Source: Burkholderiaceae bacterium (lineage in GTDB: Bacteria; Pseudomonadota; Gammaproteobacteria; Burkholderiales; Burkholderiaceae_C). From it: DNA of 32,000 nucleotides. The position numbers and the translations under genes were made by a program. The stretch lies in assembly GCA_965234775.1 (NCBI GenBank), contig OZ248562.1. The stretch is one strand, 5' to 3'. The notes below the pieces were generated by a model. That model had not been told where the DNA came from. It saw only the letters and a list, made by a program, of their open reading frames with translations, and did not search any database. Below, piece by piece: positions 8,777 through 14,458 of the stretch; position 1 is the first letter of the stretch; the number at the start of each line of letters is the position of its first letter.

Positions 8777-9751
8777 GCAAAACAGATTGTCTTCAATAGT
8801 TCTCTTTTGTTTTTTCTTCTTAAGTGCATTGATGATTGCTAAGCCAACAGCCCTTGCTACTGGGGGTGGAAAAGCATTACCAATTTGACGATAAGCAGAA
8901 GTCTTCTTTCCACAAAAATGCCACTCATCAGGGAATCCTTGAATACGTGCAGCCATACGCAATGTTAATCTTGGAGTGAAATCTAAAGGCGCGTCACTTC
9001 CAGGACCTACATCAACAATTCCCTTACCATCAACCTTGAGGTCTAACCATTGTCTCTTAGCCCTCGTTGGTCCTAAATCAGCACCGCCATGCTTCTTACT
9101 TCCACCAACAAGTGTTGGCGCAATCTTGTTTGAATAATTTAGCCACTTATCTGCACCTTGCCAACCATTTTCAGCAATCAAATCAAAAAGTGCATCCCCT
9201 ACTGTTACAACTTTATCTTCACCCTTAGGCCAAGTAAAATATTCAGCATATTCATCCTTAATCGCTACCAATATAAATCTTGGTCGCAATTGAGGAACAC
9301 CATAACTAGATGCATTCAATACACGCCAATCCGATTTGTAGCCCAGCTTAGAAAGTGTTTGTAAAATCCAAGCCCTATAGTTTTCAAACTTCGGAGTGGA
9401 TAAACCACGTACATTCTCTAGTAAAACAGCTTTGGGATTACATTGCTCTATAAGTCTTAGTGCGTCTGGAAATAAATCTCTATCATCTAAATTCCCTAAT
9501 TGCTTACCAGCCAAGGAGAAAGGTGGGCAAGGAACACCACCAGCAAAGAGATCAACACCATTAAATTTTTCAGCACTGAAAGATTTCACATCCTGTTCAA
9601 CTACATTCCACTTCGGGCGATTGTGTCTAAGTGTTTGACATGCATGTGCATCTATCTCTACTGTCGCTAAATGATTAAAGCCAGCCATCTCCAATCCTAA
9701 AGCTTGTCCACCAGCGCCTGCACATATCTCTATAGATGTAAATTTAGACAT
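8768..9751 (-). CDS. DNA (cytosine-5)-methyltransferase
   Basis: Motif I EICAGAGGQALG, motif IV GGVPCPPFS, motif VI LLENVRGL, motif VIII QLRPRFILVA, motif X GNAFPPPVA. Start taken at MSKFTSIE (9751). Confidence 0.9.
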   Translation of the reverse strand: MSKFTSIEICAGAGGQALGLEMAGFNHLATVEIDAHACQTLRHNRPKWNVVEQDVKSFSAEKFNGVDLFAGGVPCPPFSLAGKQLGNLDDRDLFPDALRLIEQCNPKAVLLENVRGLSTPKFENYRAWILQTLSKLGYKSDWRVLNASSYGVPQLRPRFILVAIKDEYAEYFTWPKGEDKVVTVGDALFDLIAENGWQGADKWLNYSNKIAPTLVGGSKKHGGADLGPTRAKRQWLDLKVDGKGIVDVGPGSDAPLDFTPRLTLRMAARIQGFPDEWHFCGKKTSAYRQIGNAFPPPVARAVGLAIINALKKKKQKRTIEDNLFCLV

Positions 9752-9762
9752 AAAAATGTTGA

Positions 9763-9814
9763 TTGAAAGAGGCTTGCACAGCTTATTATAATGGATACAA
9801 TACAAGATTGTATC
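9763..9814 (+). promoter_or_regulatory. Sigma70-like promoter (TTGAAA-18 nt-TATAAT) followed by an 8-bp perfect inverted repeat GATACAAT-N5-ATTGTATC
   Basis: -35 at 9763-9768, -10 at 9787-9792, inverted repeat at 9794-9801/9807-9814. It sits in the 92-nt divergent gap between the MTase gene and the H-NS-like gene. A TATAAT also reads on the opposite strand at the same place. Confidence 0.5.
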
Positions 9815-9843
9815 TCTCTAAACATTGGATAAAGGAACGAAAA

Positions 9844-10074
9844 ATGAGTAAAGTAGCTGAAATCAAAGCACGAATTGCTGCTGATCAAGAAGCACTAAAA
9901 GATGCTATTAAAGGTGAGAAGACAGAAGCACTAAAGCGAATTCGTCAAGAAATTAAAGACTTTGGTTTTAAGACAAGTGACTTCAAAGGTGTTCTTGCTA
10001 CACGCGCCAAGCGTAGTCCCAACGGTACACGTGCAGCTAAAAATGTTGCAGCTAAGAAAACCTCAAAAGGCTAA
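9844..10074 (+). CDS. Truncated H-NS-like protein (N-terminal oligomerisation-type coiled coil with a basic tail; no canonical C-terminal DNA-binding domain)
   Basis: MSKVAEIKARIAADQEALKDAIKGEKTEALKRIRQEIKDFGFKTSDF resembles the H-NS/BpH3 family N-terminus and the ..YG.t..D. linker pattern. It ends after a Lys/Arg-rich tail with no TWxGRG-type motif. AAGGA RBS lies before the ATG at 9844. Confidence 0.55.
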   Translation: MSKVAEIKARIAADQEALKDAIKGEKTEALKRIRQEIKDFGFKTSDFKGVLATRAKRSPNGTRAAKNVAAKKTSKG

Positions 10075-10077
10075 TAT

Positions 10078-10377
10078 ATGATTGTCGTAAAACACAACTC
10101 AAGTCGTAAGAGTTTAAACTTTAACGACAACTATTTTGAAGTTACGGGTGTGCCTATGACTATCAATAACACCAATGTGATAAGCGATGCGCTCAATGAC
10201 AAATTATCAATATATGGCGATGAAGCTTTTTCACCAAAAGCTGACGGAAGTTCCTACAATATTTCTGTAAGAGGATTGGCATCACAAACAATTTTTACTG
10301 ATGTTAGTGCTCTACAAGCGTATATTTTAGACAAGCTTAATTCTTGCCTATCAAAGTTAGAAGAACGGAATAATTAG
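10078..10377 (+). CDS. Hypothetical protein (99 aa), apparently co-transcribed with the H-NS-like gene
   Basis: ORF starts 3 nt after the upstream stop. No recognisable motif. AT-rich codon usage consistent with the island. The start codon is uncertain. Confidence 0.4.
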   Translation: MIVVKHNSSRKSLNFNDNYFEVTGVPMTINNTNVISDALNDKLSIYGDEAFSPKADGSSYNISVRGLASQTIFTDVSALQAYILDKLNSCLSKLEERNN

Positions 10378-10949
10378 ACCAACTCAATCGCTTTGCGTTT
10401 CATCGCGTCATTGACGTCTATGTAGCACTGGGTGGTTGACAGATTAGCATGCCTTGCGATGCTTTGTAGCACCCTAACGCTGACACCTTTATCAGCCAAG
10501 TTGGTAATTCCTGTGCGTCTTGGACTGTGACTTGAACCACCTGAAATGGCACAATTGCGGAATAAGTGGTGAAAGTGTTGGCATAAGGTATTGCTGCTCC
10601 AGCCTTCCGCTGGACGCTTTTGTGAGTAGAAAAGCTTGTCTGTGATTTCCTTGTATGGCACAGCCTTAACGTAAGTCTGTAGTTCTCGGCGTAGCTTATC
10701 ACTCACAAACACAGTACTGCCCTTGCCTCCCTTTGTCTGTTCTGCAGTCAAGTAAATCTCAGTTTTAACCTTGCCCTCTGCATCAAGTACATCTGCGTAG
10801 CGTAGTGCCGCACATTCTTTGACACGTAACATTGCGTACAGCATTGTCAAAAACATTGCTCTATTACGCTCAGCGTGGGGACGTGTAGCCACATAGTCCA
10901 GCACTCTACGTATTTCTTGTGCTGTGAGTACTTTTGCTTGTTTGGACAT
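10374..10949 (-). CDS. Small tyrosine recombinase (catalytic domain only, ~191 aa)
   Basis: Catalytic residues are readable: R in LRVKE, K in TKGGKGSTVFV, HSPRR (H-x-x-R), RHANLSTT (H) and QCY (Y). AGGAGA RBS lies 6 nt before the ATG at 10949. No N-terminal core-binding or arm-binding region. Confidence 0.85.
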   Translation of the reverse strand: MSKQAKVLTAQEIRRVLDYVATRPHAERNRAMFLTMLYAMLRVKECAALRYADVLDAEGKVKTEIYLTAEQTKGGKGSTVFVSDKLRRELQTYVKAVPYKEITDKLFYSQKRPAEGWSSNTLCQHFHHLFRNCAISGGSSHSPRRTGITNLADKGVSVRVLQSIARHANLSTTQCYIDVNDAMKRKAIELV

Positions 10950-11087
10950 TAGTGCTCTCCTAAATGTAAGTTTACTAATGCGAACAGTGTATTTTCTTTG
11001 TTTCTTAATTCCTACCTCTTTTTTACTTTGTTGATTCAAGTTATTTTCCTTAATGATTACGCCAGGTTAGCGTGTGTATAACAATAA

Positions 11088-11117
11088 ACCAAAGCTTTTA
11101 GCAATTAGCTTTGGTTT
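11088..11117. terminator. Perfect 10-bp stem hairpin AACCAAAGCT-N10-AGCTTTGGTT with T-rich flanks on both strands
   Basis: Read directly. It lies ~140 nt upstream of the small recombinase start, followed by TTTGTATTT on + and TTTATTGTT on -. Confidence 0.4.
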
Positions 11118-11160
11118 TGTATTTATTGGAAATACTGTGTGATTGCGACTTAATTAAGCA

Positions 11161-11296
11161 AGCTTGCGTATAAGCCCTGTACGCTGTTGCAAGCTGCGCC
11201 AGCTATCCAAGCCTAGCTCAGCTTGTTTTGTGCGTTTGTAGCTTGTTTAATTCAGCTTGCTTGTGTGCTTTGCTTTGTCGATTAGCTTGCGTAAGC
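11161..11296 (+). repeat. Iteron-like cluster of five same-strand AGCTTG motifs; the outer two extend to AGCTTGCGTA(TA)AGC
   Basis: AGCTTG at 11161, 11220, 11240, 11254 and 11284. The plus strand here is strongly G+T-rich. Inverted AGCTTGC/GCAAGCT at 11161-11167/11189-11195. Confidence 0.45.
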
Positions 11297-11481
11297 ACTA
11301 CCCTATTGCTCCTATGTAGACAACTCTGTTGTTTGATGTTGCGCTGTAATGTTTGGACGCAGTTAGCCATTTGTATGTGTGTTACTTGAGAACACATTGA
11401 TAGCGAAACTTTGTTTCGCTTGCGTCTTCGCTTACGCTCAACGCATTTTTCTTCTCTTAATTTTATTTGTGTTTTGACTTT

Positions 11482-11551
11482 TAATGCTCATTACTAGGAA
11501 GCACAAGCCACGCCCTGTTAAAGGGCGTAGCTTTAGCTAATGCTCATTACT
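11482..11551 (+). repeat. 14-bp direct repeat TAATGCTCATTACT (x2) flanking a 7-bp-stem hairpin ACGCCCT-GTTAA-AGGGCGT
   Basis: Copies at 11482-11495 and 11538-11551. Hairpin at 11510-11528. Confidence 0.5.
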
Positions 11552-11986
11552 GAGGGTTAACAACTGATATACACACAACTTGATTGATTACAAGAAAGGT
11601 AGGTTTTGCTATCACCTTTTATGTGCTTGCCTTACGCAACACACTCACAGCCTATATCAGTAGCTTTGTGGTGTGTTTATGGGTTGGATTGTGGCAGTCC
11701 CATTCACTTTCAGCCTATACATTTTCGTACTTGCTTACGTTCATACATCTCTGTATTACCAACCTGTACAACTTCGCAAACGTTTCTACGCAATGGCGTG
11801 ACGTTTAAGGCATCCAACGGTTAAATTGGGTAGTGCGATGAGGCTAACTATGAGAGAGTTAAATTGCTTACCGTCACACATCAGAACGGATTTCGCGGCA
11901 CTATTACAGTCGGCGTGCTAACCTTTATATCTCATTTATACCTTTATTTATGCGAAACCAAAGAATAGATTAAATTTTTCTTCTGG

Positions 11987-12015
11987 TTGACCTTAAAAAA
12001 GTCTGAAGTTACATT
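11987..12015 (+). promoter_or_regulatory. Candidate sigma70 promoter for the 12046-13026 gene pair (TTGACC-17 nt-TACATT)
   Basis: Hexamers at 11987-11992 and 12010-12015, ~30 nt upstream of the AAAGGAG RBS and the ATG at 12046. Confidence 0.4.
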
Positions 12016-12045
12016 AATAATTCACTTAACAAAAGGAGTTCTGCT

Positions 12046-12483
12046 ATGTCAGCAATTGCTAAATTGAAGCTTGTTTCTAGCAAGCGTGAACGTTTTCTTA
12101 GTCCAACTGTATCTCGTCGTCATAAACTAGCAGACAAGTTGGATGAGCAGCTTGCTCTTTGTCAAGCACAAAAAAATGGTGATGTTTACGCACCCAAGCG
12201 TATTAAGACCATAACCAAGCCAGATGGTGAGCGTGTACGTGTAGAAGCTGTCAAGCGTGTTAAAGAGTGGTTTTGGACCAATAGCAATGGAAAGATTAAC
12301 TTGGCTGTGCGTTATGGCAGCAAGACTTTGGAGCTTGGCAAAGGTAAAAACGCCATTGAACTCAGTACTGGTGATGAACTTATCAGCACCTTAGTGCTGC
12401 TTAAAGATGCTGTAATTGCTGGTGAATTGGATGAAGCTATCAACAACGCAAGTGATAAGTTACGTGCTGGCTTTGCTAAATGA
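12046..12483 (+). CDS. Hypothetical protein (145 aa), conserved-looking island protein of unknown function
   Basis: Strong RBS AAAGGAG. Basic N-terminus and KRVKEWFW...GKINLAVRYGSKTLELGKGKNAIEL core. No catalytic motif recognised. Confidence 0.7.
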   Translation: MSAIAKLKLVSSKRERFLSPTVSRRHKLADKLDEQLALCQAQKNGDVYAPKRIKTITKPDGERVRVEAVKRVKEWFWTNSNGKINLAVRYGSKTLELGKGKNAIELSTGDELISTLVLLKDAVIAGELDEAINNASDKLRAGFAK

Positions 12484-12491
12484 TTGATTAA

Positions 12492-12514
12492 GGACTGGCT
12501 TTTATTGCCAGTCC
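12492..12514 (+). terminator. Intercistronic hairpin GGACTGGC-TTTTATT-GCCAGTCC (attenuator or partial terminator)
   Basis: 8-bp perfect stem 9 nt after the stop at 12483. No clear downstream T-run. Confidence 0.35.
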
Positions 12515-12555
12515 ATTCTCCTATTCATGGCTAAATATAAGAATAGGAGATGACT

Positions 12556-13026
12556 ATGCGACTTTATGAAATTGCTGACGCTAAAGCACAACTAGAATTG
12601 CTACGAATAATTATTGACAACACTTGGTCAGCAATAGCACAACAAGCAGAACAGCAGAAACGTTCGGACGCGGAACGTAAGGCACTGGCTAAGCTTAAGC
12701 CACGTACTAAGAAATCACGTAAGGGTACAAGCATTCGTATACCTACACCTCCACCACTACCACCAAAGCAGCCTCAAGTCCAGTTAGCTAAACAACCACC
12801 CTCTTCACTTAACAACCTCAACCCTAACGCCTTAAACGCTGTAAAACCCCCACCTACCAATCCTCAAATTAAACCGTCGGCTACAATTACAGCAATCAAA
12901 CCTACGCCTGCGTTTATTCCTCAACCCAAGCCTATAGTCACTACATCCATCAAACCATCTAACGGTTTAAAATTGAGCACTTTAGAAAAAGAAGAAGATT
13001 GGTACGCTAAGTATAGAAATAATTAA
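12556..13026 (+). CDS. Hypothetical protein with N-terminal helical segment and long Pro/Gln/Lys-rich low-complexity region
   Basis: AGGAGA RBS lies 5 nt before the ATG at 12556; the track start at 12550 overlaps the RBS. PTPPPLPPKQPQVQ...KPPPTNPQIKP repeats. Confidence 0.55.
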   Translation: MRLYEIADAKAQLELLRIIIDNTWSAIAQQAEQQKRSDAERKALAKLKPRTKKSRKGTSIRIPTPPPLPPKQPQVQLAKQPPSSLNNLNPNALNAVKPPPTNPQIKPSATITAIKPTPAFIPQPKPIVTTSIKPSNGLKLSTLEKEEDWYAKYRNN

Positions 13027-13099
13027 TTCTATTTTAAAATAAACTTCTTTAAGGATGTAATACGTTTTCTCAAATTGCGTAATACTTCTGCCGTTTATC

Positions 13100-14365
13100 T
13101 TACCCACCTAGCTTAGTAGCAAGTGCTAAAGGTGTTGCTTGTTTACCATAGTATTTCTCAATTATTTGCACACTCGTACCCATATTTCTTGCTATATCAA
13201 ATATTGGTATCCCACGTTTTATCATCATTACAGCGTAAAAATGTCGCAAGCTGTACAGCGTATATTTCTCTTTGTCACGGCTTTCTGTCAAGCTTATTGA
13301 CTTAAGCAAAGCATTGAATTGGTCGATGAGTGTGACTATTTTGTTGCCATCGTACATACAGAAAAACCAACCGTCTGTATCTTTTAATTTTCTTTTTGGA
13401 CTTCGGACTTTTCTAACTTCCGCCTCTTGTGTTCTTACAAGATTCCGCCGTCTTACTCGTTCTACATATCTAACAACATTAGTTCGTGGAATAACAACTC
13501 TTCGTCCAGTCTTCCCACGCACTGAAAACATATAGTTTTTTCTTCCTAGCTCATCCTTAAATTCAACAATATCGTTGTCTTTTAAGTTGTTGGCTTCACC
13601 AACTCGTATGCCACTGTTAGACAATACCAGAACGTAATCTCTTAGCAGTTCCTTTGTGTACTTCCACTCCTTATTCTTTGTATCTTTTATGCCCTTACGC
13701 ATTCCTTTTATGATTTCCCAATACTCAGCTACTGTAAATGTTGGACGAACAATAGCTCTTTCTGCATTAAATCTGTATGTTGGCAGCTGTGTCTGTCCTC
13801 TGTATCCACGCTCATAAGCAAACTTTATCAGCGTCTTTCCTAGTGTCATCTCCCACTCTAATGTCTTATCAGCTGGGTTTATTTTGTGGTTTCGTGGACG
13901 CTTATCCTCTGCCATTCGGTGGTAATAATCTTTACGCCAGGGGATGTAATCTTGTAGAACAGCGTTGTCCATATTACTTACACTTTTTGTACCGCAGTAC
14001 TCTCTCCAAAACTTTGCTACTCGCTTAATTTGACGAAGCATATGAATACTTGTCTGCTGCCTTGAGCTTGAGTTCGTCTTAACGTCTAGACTTTTTTGGT
14101 ATTGACTTTGCCTAAGTGCGATGTATTCATCTATTACATCGCCAAAAGATTTTTGCTGTAGTGGCAGTCCTTCTCGCTGTTTATATTCCATCTCGTGGAG
14201 ATATTTCAAGGCTAATTTACGTGCCTCTTCTACCTTACGTGTCTTTAAGGTTTTGTAAATGTACTTCCTATCGCCTTTGTAAAAGCGTGCCTGATATATG
14301 CCGTTGCGACAGAAGATAAGGACTTTGCCGTCCTCTAATTCTTCCTTAAATTCTGTGCTTAACAT
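13100..14365 (-). CDS. int: Tyrosine integrase of the island
   Basis: C-terminal catalytic domain: SGIRVGE (R), GKTGRRVVIP (K), YSLRHFY (H-x-x-R), and the EKYYG tyrosine. Long N-terminal arm/core-binding region. Located directly inside the right att repeat. Confidence 0.9.
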   Translation of the reverse strand: MLSTEFKEELEDGKVLIFCRNGIYQARFYKGDRKYIYKTLKTRKVEEARKLALKYLHEMEYKQREGLPLQQKSFGDVIDEYIALRQSQYQKSLDVKTNSSSRQQTSIHMLRQIKRVAKFWREYCGTKSVSNMDNAVLQDYIPWRKDYYHRMAEDKRPRNHKINPADKTLEWEMTLGKTLIKFAYERGYRGQTQLPTYRFNAERAIVRPTFTVAEYWEIIKGMRKGIKDTKNKEWKYTKELLRDYVLVLSNSGIRVGEANNLKDNDIVEFKDELGRKNYMFSVRGKTGRRVVIPRTNVVRYVERVRRRNLVRTQEAEVRKVRSPKRKLKDTDGWFFCMYDGNKIVTLIDQFNALLKSISLTESRDKEKYTLYSLRHFYAVMMIKRGIPIFDIARNMGTSVQIIEKYYGKQATPLALATKLGG

Positions 14366-14458
14366 TTGCCTAACCTAGTCCATTAATCAACCTTTTGCCT
14401 AACAATTGTAAAACATCTTTCAAACCCTGTAAACCGCGTAACCTGTTGTTTTATAAGG

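Noticed and set aside
9763-9843. N-terminal extension of the H-NS-like ORF (track start at 9763)
   Set aside because: The extension would overlap the predicted -35/-10 elements and the inverted repeat. The internal ATG at 9844 has an AAGGA RBS and matches the start of H-NS-like proteins.
11161-11551. Possible CRISPR array, given the multiple short repeats
   Set aside because: The repeats are only 6-14 bp, irregularly spaced and few in number, and there are no cas genes. This is not CRISPR-like.
11584-11824. Two overlapping 72-74 aa ORFs inside the island's non-coding stretch
   Set aside because: They have TTG or weak starts without an RBS, mutually exclusive frames and Cys/Leu/Phe/Tyr-rich translations typical of AT/GT-rich noise. 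A small membrane peptide cannot be fully excluded.
11581-12490. 10-bp repeat TGATTGATTA at 11581 and 12481
   Set aside because: A 10-mer match within ~7 kb of AT-rich DNA is expected by chance. There is no flanking similarity.
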